Origin: Merismopediaceae cyanobacterium
GTDB lineage: Bacteria; Cyanobacteriota; Cyanobacteriia; Cyanobacteriales; Microcystaceae
NCBI GenBank assembly: GCA_035286205.1
Contig: JAYKIP010000432.1
Coordinates: forward strand, 1-33,375
Direction: 5' to 3'
DNA: 33,375 nucleotides
The notes below the pieces were generated by a model that saw only the letters and a program-made list of their open reading frames with translations, did no database searches and had not been told where the DNA came from. A program made the translations under genes and the position numbers. Positions 1-8,375 of the stretch are shown one piece after another; the stretch's first letter is position 1; the number at the start of each line of letters is the position of its first letter.

Positions 1-154
1 TTTATTTACGAGAAATGGTTACTCAACTTTCCCAACGTCCCAGTATCGGTGAAATCGTCGGAACAGCAAAAGACTATGTAAATTTCCTAAAAAAATACTC
101 AGAATACGTTCCCGAACACGAGATAGCCTGAGCGATCAATAATGCTCTCAGTTA

Positions 155-826
155 ATGGACAACAACGAAGAAAACCAAAGGCTTGTAAACCTACTACTGC
201 TTTTGATCTTGGACAATCGAACCCTAACAGTAGAGGATTCAAATCGCCAAATTGAAACCTTACAAAAAAGCATACAATCTTTACAAGAGGAGATAGAATT
301 TTTAAGGGAACAAAATCGGATTCTGACCACAAAAATTAGTCAGGATGAAAGTCTGTTAATGTTTACCAAGACCATCCTCAATCAACAAGAAAATTTACTT
401 AATAAACTTATGAATGAATCCACTGATAAAAGTCAAAAAATCAATGTTGGCGGTAATCTTAATATCAACGCTAACCAATCTGTTGTCAATCTTCGAGATA
501 TTATTGGCGATGTAAACCATACCATTAATCAAATTCCAGCCGATAATTCCCCCCAAAATCAAGAACTTAAAACTCTACTACAAGAATTGACAGAAGCGAT
601 TCAAATTGAAGCCACTCTTGATGATGAAGAAAAAGCTGAAGCCGCTAATCAGGTGAAAAAGATCGCCCAAGCGAGTCAAAATCCTGATGATTCTGCTTTA
701 CAGACGAAAGCGAAAAAAGCCGTCAATCTACTGGAAACGATCGCCCAAGGTTTAGAACCAGCTAGTAAATTATTTAAAGCTTGCCAGAAAGTTTTACCCT
801 TAATTTTAGGATTATTGGGACTGTAG
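155..826 (+). CDS. Hypothetical coiled-coil protein with a hydrophobic C-terminal tail
   Basis: ATG-initiated 223-aa ORF in the AT-rich left edge. It has heptad-like Q/E/L-rich segments (IETLQKSIQSLQEEIEFLREQNRIL), an N/Q-rich middle and an E/K/A-rich helical C-terminal half ending in VLPLILGLLGL. I recognise no catalytic or family motif. Confidence 0.45.
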   Translation: MDNNEENQRLVNLLLLLILDNRTLTVEDSNRQIETLQKSIQSLQEEIEFLREQNRILTTKISQDESLLMFTKTILNQQENLLNKLMNESTDKSQKINVGGNLNINANQSVVNLRDIIGDVNHTINQIPADNSPQNQELKTLLQELTEAIQIEATLDDEEKAEAANQVKKIAQASQNPDDSALQTKAKKAVNLLETIAQGLEPASKLFKACQKVLPLILGLLGL

Positions 827-940
827 AGAATTTAATGTTTTCAAAATTGCGGAAACCTTTACCCAGTAAAAATTCTACATTCATTCAGCCAGTCCTAATT
901 GGTACGGAATATAGGTTCTATGACAATACTAAATGCGTTG

Positions 941-976
941 CAAAAAAAGAGGCCAATGATTTTAAATCAGCCTCTT
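941..976. terminator. Candidate bidirectional intrinsic terminator between convergent genes
   Basis: A 7-bp stem (AAGAGGC at 947-953, GCCTCTT at 970-976) with a 16-nt loop. On the minus strand it is followed by a T6 run (complement of 941-946), just downstream of the stop of the 1003-1914 gene. The plus-strand tail is only CTTCTTT. Confidence 0.4.
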
Positions 977-1002
977 CTTCTTTATGTTGTAATAAGGGAT
1001 GA

Positions 1003-1914
1003 TTATTTAACCGCCGCTAAATCCGTTTTGTCCCTCGCAATGACCGCCTTTAACCGATCCACCGCCTCAGACCGGGATTCCGGACGACTCAGACGATAGA
1101 AAAAGAGCGCAGGAGCGACCCCTAATAATAACCCCAGGAAAATGGGCGGATAAATCTCGGCCCCAATACTCATAATCGCGGCAAAGGTAAAATTACTGAG
1201 ATACATCGCCAACGGTAAACCCGGTTGTCCTTCGGGGAGTTGTAACGGTTTCGCCCGCCATAACAGGGTGGCAACGGTCATAAAAACACAACCCGTCCCG
1301 AACCAACCAGCAAAATTTTGATAGGGCATCCCAAAGAAAGCTCCCGGTTGTCCCCACAGCCAAAAGGGCATCGTCGTTTGACTCATGGCGGGATCTAAAA
1401 CAAAATCCCAGGACATTAACAGTAAAGAACCCACCAGAATTGACACCATTTCCTGCTGCCAGGTCGCCCAGCCCCACTTCTGCACCCCCAGCCGCACAAT
1501 AATGTAGGCACTAAAGCCTAAATAAAACCAGGAAAGGGGAATGGTAAAGGGAACTAAACCGGCAATTTTATAACCCAGACCCGATAGATAACGATAGTCA
1601 CCAAAAGGAAAACCCGTACTGGTTCCCAACAATTCAGCACTTAACGACAGGGCGATCGCCGAGACCATAAAGGTCAAACTATGCCAAGCACCGAGATTTC
1701 GATAGGCATAAACCGCCACCGTCGCCATGCCCAGTAGCATATAGACAACGCCGCCCCCCGCCATAGACCAGCGAAAAGCCACTTGACCCACATCGGGCAA
1801 ATTGGCAATAAATTCCGGGTGAGGTAACACCAACAACAGCCCCGCTAACCCAAAGCCCATGGCCGCTATATGAGCCAATAGGAGCAGACGTTCAATACGC
1901 ATTGATTTATCCAT
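1003..1914 (-). CDS. Polytopic membrane protein, probably a carotenoid biosynthesis protein (CruF-like gamma-carotene 1'-hydroxylase family)
   Basis: Highly hydrophobic, with about 8-9 predicted TM helices. W/F/G-rich segments (PLSWFYLGFSAYI, SWDFVLDPAMS, PYQNFAGWFGTG) match my recollection of the Caroten_synth/DUF422 family. The longest ORF starts with TTG at 1944 and the first ATG is at 1914 (MDKSMRIERL). Confidence 0.55.
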   Translation of the reverse strand: MDKSMRIERLLLLAHIAAMGFGLAGLLLVLPHPEFIANLPDVGQVAFRWSMAGGGVVYMLLGMATVAVYAYRNLGAWHSLTFMVSAIALSLSAELLGTSTGFPFGDYRYLSGLGYKIAGLVPFTIPLSWFYLGFSAYIIVRLGVQKWGWATWQQEMVSILVGSLLLMSWDFVLDPAMSQTTMPFWLWGQPGAFFGMPYQNFAGWFGTGCVFMTVATLLWRAKPLQLPEGQPGLPLAMYLSNFTFAAIMSIGAEIYPPIFLGLLLGVAPALFFYRLSRPESRSEAVDRLKAVIARDKTDLAAVK

Positions 1915-2070
1915 TATCTGTTCACGATTTACATAAAGATACAATAAGCCACGTCCTTTAGTTTACAAATCTTTACGAAAAAGATCTGCTTTCTCAGGCA
2001 ATTCCCCAAAAAATCTCTTCAGTCCTCGAAAAACCGTTAAGATGGGGGCATTAGGACTTCCTTCAAGGCC

Positions 2071-3267
2071 ATGAACCATTCCTCCCCTGTCTCTGCTTTG
2101 GTATTGCGACCGCTTCAGCACCGAGACTTAGATAGCGTTGCGCGTTTAGCCGCCCTGGCTTCGGATCTTCAGGATGAGCGATTAGCCGTCCAGGTGGAAC
2201 AAATGAGAGCCTGGTTCGGGCTGTTGAAGTGTCTCAGTTATTTTCCGAATCCGTTTCAATATTTTTTTGCGGGTTTTGTGGCGGAATTAGGGTCGGAGTT
2301 GCGGGGGTTTGTCCAAATTATGCCCTTTAATCAGAGTCGGACGACCTGGCGGGTGGAACGGGTCTTGGTGGAAAATTCCGCAATCCAACCGGATTTGGTG
2401 ACCGATCCCAAGGGCATTGGCTCTCAGCTTTTGCGGCATTGTTTCCAGGCGGTCTGGGAAGCCCGGACTTGGTTGCTGGAGGTGAATATTGAAGCGAAAA
2501 ATATTTTGGCTCTCTATCGGCAAAATGGCTTTCAACCCCTGGCCCAGATGACCTATTGGGCTTTATCTCCCGATTTATTGCAGGAGTTAGCGGCGAATGA
2601 TCCGGATTTACCCAATTTGCTACCGGTGAGTAATGCCGATGCTCAGTTGCTTTATCAGCTAGATTGTGTTTCGATGCCGCCTTTAATGCGTCAGGTCTTT
2701 GATCGCCATTTCTCAGATTTCCAAACGGGTGTGGTCAAAACCCTGATCCATAAGTTGCAAAATTGGTGTAGTCAACAACGAGTCTTTCAGGGCTATGTGT
2801 TTGAACCCCAACGCAAAGCGGCGATCGCCTATTTTAAACTCACCCTGTCGTTAAATCCCCAGCGTCCCCACCAGGCCGAATTAACAGTGCATCCGGCCTA
2901 TACCTGGCTCTATCCGAAATTACTGTTTCAGATGGCCGCGCTAGTGAAGGATTTCCCTGACCAATATTTAGAGTTAATGTCTGCGGATTATCAACACGAA
3001 CGGGAAGAATACCTGCAACAACTGGGAGCCGAGCGCGTTGAACATACTTTATTAATGTCGCGGTCTGTCTGGCATAAATTAAAAGAAACGAAAGCCGAAC
3101 GGATTCCCCTAGCCGAGGTTTTACAAAACTTGCAACCCGTCCCTCGCACGCCCATTCCTAGCCGGATGTCTCTCTTAAAATCCCTGAAGTCTCCCCTGGA
3201 AAACCATGAATCCGGTCCGGCGGCCCCCGGTGGGGACGAGATCGCAGAAAATGGGAATCATAGTTAA
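2071..3267 (+). CDS. GNAT-family N-acetyltransferase with a C-terminal extension of about 220 aa and unknown function
   Basis: The N-terminal ~170 aa shows the GNAT layout (LVLRPLQHRDLDSV ... GIGSQLLRHCFQAVWEA ... NILALYRQNGFQP). The remainder has no motif I recognise. Confidence 0.55.
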   Translation: MNHSSPVSALVLRPLQHRDLDSVARLAALASDLQDERLAVQVEQMRAWFGLLKCLSYFPNPFQYFFAGFVAELGSELRGFVQIMPFNQSRTTWRVERVLVENSAIQPDLVTDPKGIGSQLLRHCFQAVWEARTWLLEVNIEAKNILALYRQNGFQPLAQMTYWALSPDLLQELAANDPDLPNLLPVSNADAQLLYQLDCVSMPPLMRQVFDRHFSDFQTGVVKTLIHKLQNWCSQQRVFQGYVFEPQRKAAIAYFKLTLSLNPQRPHQAELTVHPAYTWLYPKLLFQMAALVKDFPDQYLELMSADYQHEREEYLQQLGAERVEHTLLMSRSVWHKLKETKAERIPLAEVLQNLQPVPRTPIPSRMSLLKSLKSPLENHESGPAAPGGDEIAENGNHS

Positions 3268-3298
3268 CCGGTTTCTTTCTTCCCTGGTATTGCTCCCT

Positions 3299-4057
3299 TT
3301 AGCCGGGTAGGTTAAAAGCTTGGCCGGGGGATGGTTGAAGCACTTCGGTGGCCAGTTGTGCCTGGGTTAATAGCTCCCGAAATTCGGCGATCGTTCCTTC
3401 TTCGCGGAAGATTTTACCGATTAGGCCCCCATACTGAATGTCGGCGGTGGCGGAGGTGGGGATAATGACCTGGGGTTTAAGCCATTGGCACAGTTCCACA
3501 CTGTTTTTTTGTCCCTGAAGGACGGGAATGAGGTGCAATAAACTGGCTCCCACCACCGGCGTTAAAACCGCATCCACAGTGCCGATCGCCTTGAGGTCAG
3601 GGGAATGGAAGCCATGGGGTTCGTAGTACAGCCGATAACCGGTCACCAAATCCGTTAAGAGGTAGGCGTTTTCGATGGTGGTTGGGCCAATGGGAGACCC
3701 GGCAAAGGCTTGGATTTTCACCTGTTCATTTAAAATAAAACTTTCCCCAGGGGCGATCGCCGTGACCGTCGAAAAACCCAGGGAGGTGACCACCTGGGCG
3801 GCCTTGGGAGATCCGAGAACGGGGCAGTCGGGATTCAGGGTTTTCAGGGTGGGGGGATGGGTATGATCCTCTAACCCCTGGGATAACAAAATCAGGGAAA
3901 GGTTAGCAGGCACAGGATAAACGCGGTTTTTGTCGCCCTTAAAGAGCCAGGGAGCATTACCAAAGACCAAAGAGCCAACTAACCAGGGGTCAAGGAGAAG
4001 GGTTTGTTCCTGAATTTCAATCAGCCAAGAATTGCTATCCAACCACGTTAAACGCAT
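3299..4057 (-). CDS. MBL-fold (beta-lactamase-like) metallo-hydrolase family protein
   Basis: The N-terminus MRLTWLDSNSWLIE...LLLDPWL and the segment SQGLEDHTHPPTL are typical of the UPF0173/MBL-fold family. ATG start, 252 aa. Confidence 0.55.
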   Translation of the reverse strand: MRLTWLDSNSWLIEIQEQTLLLDPWLVGSLVFGNAPWLFKGDKNRVYPVPANLSLILLSQGLEDHTHPPTLKTLNPDCPVLGSPKAAQVVTSLGFSTVTAIAPGESFILNEQVKIQAFAGSPIGPTTIENAYLLTDLVTGYRLYYEPHGFHSPDLKAIGTVDAVLTPVVGASLLHLIPVLQGQKNSVELCQWLKPQVIIPTSATADIQYGGLIGKIFREEGTIAEFRELLTQAQLATEVLQPSPGQAFNLPG

Positions 4058-4137
4058 AGAATTTTTTGTTTTGATGCTTGATGGAGACTCTGTGTTTAGA
4101 CTGTATCGAAATTTCCCCAGGTTTGCTTAAATCTCCC

Positions 4138-4848
4138 TTAATCCGTCGAGGCTCCTGCATTTTCCAGTTTTTGACCCAGTTTCGGTTCCGTTCCCGCCAG
4201 TAATCGAGTAATGTTCGTTTTATGGCGCACAATCACATAAATTCCCCCCACAATCCCAAAAAGCACATAGGGGAAGGGTTGTTGAAAAATGATCATTAAA
4301 ACCGACACCGCGATCGCCCCGACGATGGAGCTAATCGAGACAATGCGGGTCAAGGCAATGGTGACCAAAAAACTGCTGAGGGTTCCCAGGGCCACCCAGG
4401 GATTCATCACGCATAAAACCCCTAAACTGGTGGCGACGGATTTTCCCCCGGTAAAATTCAACCAAATAGATTTACTGTGACCCACAATCGCCGCGATCGC
4501 CGTGAGGGTAATTAATGCGGCTTGCCAGGCTTCCGGGATGCTATCGGGTAGGCCCCATTGATACCAGACACTCACTAATCCGACGGCTCCCATGCCTTTC
4601 AAAATATCAATGCTTAACACCGCGATCGCCGGCACCTTGCCCAGAGTCCGCAAAACATTGGTGGCTCCCGTTGAACCCGAACCTTCCTGACGAATATCAA
4701 TGCCCTTGAGCAATTTACCCGCCCAATAGCCCGTTGGGATAGAGCCGAACAAATAGGCAACGAGGATCAAACCCGCACTCCAGAGCCATGCTGTGGTTGT
4801 TGTATTCATAAACCGCGAGAAAGGGTCAGATAACCCAAAACTGATCAT
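4138..4848 (-). CDS. plsY: Glycerol-3-phosphate acyltransferase PlsY (acyl-phosphate dependent)
   Basis: Diagnostic PlsY motifs are present: FGSIPTGYW, GSGSTGATNVLR, GHSKSIWLNFTGGKSVATSLG. It is a polytopic membrane protein. The true start may be the internal ATG at 4809 (MNTTTTAWLW). Confidence 0.9.
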   Translation of the reverse strand: MISFGLSDPFSRFMNTTTTAWLWSAGLILVAYLFGSIPTGYWAGKLLKGIDIRQEGSGSTGATNVLRTLGKVPAIAVLSIDILKGMGAVGLVSVWYQWGLPDSIPEAWQAALITLTAIAAIVGHSKSIWLNFTGGKSVATSLGVLCVMNPWVALGTLSSFLVTIALTRIVSISSIVGAIAVSVLMIIFQQPFPYVLFGIVGGIYVIVRHKTNITRLLAGTEPKLGQKLENAGASTD

Positions 4849-4890
4849 TAAAATTTAACAATAAAGGCAAAATGGTCAAGATCCCGCAAA

Positions 4891-6057
4891 ATGGAAAAAG
4901 GATCATTGACGGAGTTTCCTTTCATGTTGGCTTTCATCCTGGCGATCGCCATTGGCCTCGCAAGTCTAGTCTTTTTCTTCTCGGCCTTTTTTGCTCCGAA
5001 ACTACACCGGAAAGATGATTTTCTTTGGAGTGGGATCGGATTCTTCTATGCCCTCGTTCTCTGGATTTGTGCCACGCGCATGACGGGAGGAGTGCTACTC
5101 GGTCAGGGAGCCGCCGTTGTTTTAATCCTATCTTTTTCCTGGCAAACGTTGAAATTACGGGCCGCGATCGCCGATCCGGAGAACCGGGGGGAAGTATCCC
5201 AATTCTCTCTGCTGGATTGGTTCGCTGGGGGAAAAAGACGCAAAAAAGTCCCACCCCAAGCCCCGGTACCGTCCCCAAGTCCCGCTCCTGCAACCGTTAA
5301 CCCGACCCCTGAGCCGGAGTCCCCGGTAACGCCTCAAGTGGTAGAAACCTTAGAAGTGGTAGAAAAAATCGAGGCAGTTGAAGAAGTCGAAGAAATACTT
5401 CCTGTCACTCCGACAGAAACGCCCTCTTCCGTTCCTCCCCAAGGGGAAGCCCCAAAAAAAACATCCCCTGCCCCGGCTAAATCGGCAACCCCTCCGGCTC
5501 CTAAAGCCCCAAAATCTGGTTTTTTGAGCGGATTATTTAAGAAAAAATCTAAACCTGCGTCCCCGCCTCCAACCCTGACAACGGTGTTAGCCGATACTGA
5601 TACCGAAGAGGATTGGGAAGACAGTGGGGCAGAAGTCGCGATCGCCTCAGAAACCCTAGAACTGACGGAACCGGTTACTGAATCAGCAACCGAACCAGAA
5701 ACGAGTCGTGAAACCGTATCCGCAACCCCGGCCCCTGAGTCAGACCCTACTCCTCCCCACCCGGAGGATGATTTAGAAGATCTTGATGATCTGTTAGAAG
5801 ATGATCCTCTAGAAGAGGACAATCCCTCGGACTTAACTACGACCCCGGAGCCTTCCTCTGTCCCCGACGCACCGGCCAAGGAAGAAATGCCCGTTTCTAC
5901 CATGGCAAAAACCTTAGAAACTTACGAAGAAGACCTCGAAGAATTTGAACCCTACCTGGGAGGGAATGAAACGGCGACATTAGTAGAGTCTGAGTCGCTC
6001 CCCGTTGACCCCGGTGAGGTGAAGGATAACTCGGCCATGGATTCCACGCCCACTTAG
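4891..6057 (+). CDS. ycf66: Ycf66-family membrane protein with a long Pro/Glu/Thr-rich acidic C-terminal tail
   Basis: The N-terminal ~90 aa (MLAFILAIAIGLASLVFFFSAFFAPKLHRKDDFLWSGIGFFYALVLWICATRMTGGVLLGQ) matches the conserved Ycf66 N-terminus. The likely start is ATG 4924. The rest is low-complexity P/E/T/S/A-rich sequence. Confidence 0.75.
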   Translation: MEKGSLTEFPFMLAFILAIAIGLASLVFFFSAFFAPKLHRKDDFLWSGIGFFYALVLWICATRMTGGVLLGQGAAVVLILSFSWQTLKLRAAIADPENRGEVSQFSLLDWFAGGKRRKKVPPQAPVPSPSPAPATVNPTPEPESPVTPQVVETLEVVEKIEAVEEVEEILPVTPTETPSSVPPQGEAPKKTSPAPAKSATPPAPKAPKSGFLSGLFKKKSKPASPPPTLTTVLADTDTEEDWEDSGAEVAIASETLELTEPVTESATEPETSRETVSATPAPESDPTPPHPEDDLEDLDDLLEDDPLEEDNPSDLTTTPEPSSVPDAPAKEEMPVSTMAKTLETYEEDLEEFEPYLGGNETATLVESESLPVDPGEVKDNSAMDSTPT

Positions 6058-6111
6058 GCCGCTCCAGGAAAATGCCGCTAGAATCAAAAAAAAGTTAGGG
6101 ATTCCCTTCCT

Positions 6112-6384
6112 ATGTGTTTAGGTATTCCAGGTCAAATTACAGAGATTGTTGATACTGAGGGCTGTCTCGCAACGGTCAATATTGCGGGAGTAGAACGGGT
6201 GGTCAATATCGCCTGTATTGTGGATGACCAGCATCCACCGGCTAAGTGTTTAGGAGATTGGGTGTTAGTCCATGTGGGATTTGCCCTAAACCGTTTAGAT
6301 GCGACGGAAGCGGCGGAAACCTTACAGTTATTAGACCAGTTAACCTTAGCGGCAGAGCTTGTTCCCGATGAAATACCTGCATGA
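6112..6384 (+). CDS. hypC: [NiFe]-hydrogenase maturation chaperone HypC/HybG/HupF family
   Basis: It has the invariant N-terminal MCLGIPGQI motif, a length of 90 aa, and lies immediately upstream of and overlapping hypD. Confidence 0.9.
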   Translation: MCLGIPGQITEIVDTEGCLATVNIAGVERVVNIACIVDDQHPPAKCLGDWVLVHVGFALNRLDATEAAETLQLLDQLTLAAELVPDEIPA

Positions 6385-7537
6385 GTTTCGCGATCCAGGG
6401 AAAGCCCAGGCTCTCCTGGGTCAGATTGAGCATTTAACCCGTCAATTAGGGTTAGAGCGGCCGCTGAAAATTATGGAAGTCTGTGGCGGCCATACCCATG
6501 CCATTTTTAAAGCGGGGTTAGAAAGTTTGTTACCGGCAGGAATTGAACTGGTTCACGGGCCGGGTTGTCCGGTGTGCATTATGCCCAGGGGACGAATTGA
6601 TGAGGCGATCGCCCTGAGTCAGTTGCCAGGAGTGATCTTGACCACCTTTGGGGATGTCCTGCGGGTGCCGGGGTCAAAACAAAGTTTGTTACAGGCTAGG
6701 GCGGCGGGGGCCGATATTCGCTTGGTTTATTCGCCTTTGGATGCGTTGACTTTAGCCAAGGCCCATCCTGACCAAGAGGTGGTTTTTCTGGCGATCGGTT
6801 TTGAAACAACGGCTCCGAGTACGGCCCTCACTGTGTTGCAGGCTCAACGGGAAGGGGTGCAAAATTTTAGTCTGTTTTGTAATCATGTTTTGGTAATGCC
6901 GGCCCTAGAAGCGTTATTAAATCATCCCGATCTGCAACTGGATGGTTTTATTGGCCCCGGTCACGTCAGTATGATCATTGGCACAGAACCCTATCAGCCG
7001 ATCGCCGAGCAATACCATAAACCGTTAGTGGTGGCGGGCTTTGAGCCGTTGGATATTTTGCAAGCTCTGTGGATGTTGTTAAAACAATGGACGGAGGGGC
7101 GTTGTGGGGTGGAAAATCAATATACTCGACTGGTACAACCCCAGGGTAATCTTGTAGCCCAACAGGCGATCGCCCAGGTCTTTACCGAGCGGGAAAGCTT
7201 TGAATGGCGGGGCTTAGGCCAGATTCCGCGATCGGGTCTGCAAATCCGGGAAGAGTACCAAGCCTTTGATGCCGAGCGTAAATTTTCTATTCCTCATCTC
7301 ACCGTTCCCGATCACCGGGCCTGTCAGTGTGGCGAGATTTTACAAGGCACGTTAAAACCCTGGGAATGTAAAGTGTTTGGTACGGCTTGTACCCCGGAAA
7401 ATCCCCTAGGAGCCTGTATGGTCTCTTCGGAGGGAGCCTGTGCGGCCTATTACAAATATGGCAAGTTAACGGGCCAATGGCCGGTTTCTCGCTCTAGTGC
7501 TAAAACTTCCCCACCGCGATCGCCTTTACCGGTTTAA
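6368..7537 (+). CDS. hypD: [NiFe]-hydrogenase maturation protein HypD
   Basis: Motifs present: MKYLHEFRD start, CGGHTHAI, GPGCPVC, FETTAP, GPGHVS and a C-terminal Cys cluster (CQCGEIL...CTPENPLGACMVSSEGACAAYYKY). ATG 6368 overlaps the hypC 3' end by 17 nt. The longest ORF begins with TTG at 6359. Confidence 0.92.
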   Translation: MKYLHEFRDPGKAQALLGQIEHLTRQLGLERPLKIMEVCGGHTHAIFKAGLESLLPAGIELVHGPGCPVCIMPRGRIDEAIALSQLPGVILTTFGDVLRVPGSKQSLLQARAAGADIRLVYSPLDALTLAKAHPDQEVVFLAIGFETTAPSTALTVLQAQREGVQNFSLFCNHVLVMPALEALLNHPDLQLDGFIGPGHVSMIIGTEPYQPIAEQYHKPLVVAGFEPLDILQALWMLLKQWTEGRCGVENQYTRLVQPQGNLVAQQAIAQVFTERESFEWRGLGQIPRSGLQIREEYQAFDAERKFSIPHLTVPDHRACQCGEILQGTLKPWECKVFGTACTPENPLGACMVSSEGACAAYYKYGKLTGQWPVSRSSAKTSPPRSPLPV

Positions 7538-7548
7538 GGAATAACCAA

Positions 7549-8277
7549 CTAAATAAACACAAAAGGTTTATCTTTTAAAGGAGCAAAGGAAGGCGCGTCA
7601 AAGCAGTATAACCGAGCAGGACGACCCACCCCACGAACCACTTTAGCTTTGGTTTCCCGTAAAAAATTGAGCTTTAACAGACGATTCCGAAAGTTAGAAT
7701 AATCGGTGAAGTTTTCCCCAAAAACCGTTGCATAGAATTGGTAAAGTTCGTTCAGGGTGAATTTTTCCGGTAAGACCTTAAAGGCGATCGGACTATACTC
7801 TAATTTACTGCGAAGACGTTGATAACCGTAGGCTAAAATTTGCGGATGGTCAAAGGCTAAATCCGGAATGACGGCATAAGAATGCCAAGCTAACCGGGCA
7901 AGGTTTTTGATTAATAATTCGGCACGATCGTAGCGCACTAGGGCAAAATAGCTCACCGAAAGATAACGTACCCCGTAGAAATCCAGGGCTTCCCTGGGAT
8001 CTCGGTTTGGGCCACCAAAGGTATAAAGCTGTTCTAAATAGAGATGATTAACCTGTAATTTTTCTGCTAAGTTGCGTTGAGCCGCCGCCTCCAGGGTTTC
8101 TCCTGAACGCACTAAAGTTCCCGGTAAACTCCAACAGTCTTTGAAGGGATCATCACGACGTTTGACCAATAAGACCATTAAACGATTCTGTTGGGTATCT
8201 ACCGCAAAAATAACATTATCTACTCCTACTTTAAAATCAGCTAAGTTAGTTTTGGTCGGGGTCGGAGCATCCTGCAT
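7549..8277 (-). CDS. NrtR-like Nudix-family protein (Nudix fold plus C-terminal winged-helix), putative NAD-metabolism regulator
   Basis: A Nudix-box-like segment LPGTLVRSGETLEAAAQRNLAEKLQV is followed by about 100 aa of helical C-terminal domain. It sits directly downstream of nadD on the same strand. The size (242 aa) and architecture fit NrtR (Nudix-related transcriptional regulators of NAD synthesis). Confidence 0.65.
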   Translation of the reverse strand: MQDAPTPTKTNLADFKVGVDNVIFAVDTQQNRLMVLLVKRRDDPFKDCWSLPGTLVRSGETLEAAAQRNLAEKLQVNHLYLEQLYTFGGPNRDPREALDFYGVRYLSVSYFALVRYDRAELLIKNLARLAWHSYAVIPDLAFDHPQILAYGYQRLRSKLEYSPIAFKVLPEKFTLNELYQFYATVFGENFTDYSNFRNRLLKLNFLRETKAKVVRGVGRPARLYCFDAPSFAPLKDKPFVFI

Positions 8278-8375
8278 AGGAAGGAATGGGGAGTAGGGAA
8301 TTGGGAATTGGGAGTGGGCTTAAAGAATGATGATTAAAGAAATTATTCGGTGAGTAACCCTCGATGATTCAATTT

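Noticed and set aside
1-81. Possible 3' end of an upstream gene (frame 1, ...FIYEKWLLNFPNVPVSVKSSEQQKTM stop)
   Set aside because: Only 26 codons are visible, which is too short to call a feature. It is mentioned under the left-edge finding only.
99-332. Two minus-strand ORFs (77 aa and 60 aa) at the left edge
   Set aside because: They are antisense to the longer 155-826 ORF in AT-rich DNA, where random ORFs are frequent. No motifs are present.
781-1099. Small plus-strand ORFs (73 aa and 66 aa) in or near the first convergent gap
   Set aside because: One overlaps the 3' end of the coiled-coil gene and the other is antisense to the CruF-like gene. Both have unconvincing composition and no start context.
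5334-5903. 189-aa minus-strand ORF rich in S/G/V
   Set aside because: It lies fully antisense to the low-complexity acidic tail of ycf66. Its composition is the mirror image of E/P/T codons, it has no motifs, and it is a typical shadow ORF.
6112-7537. hypC-hypD as decaying pseudogenes, because the rest of the hyp set is absent
   Set aside because: Both reading frames are intact with all conserved Cys and His motifs. Dispersed hyp genes are normal in several cyanobacteria.
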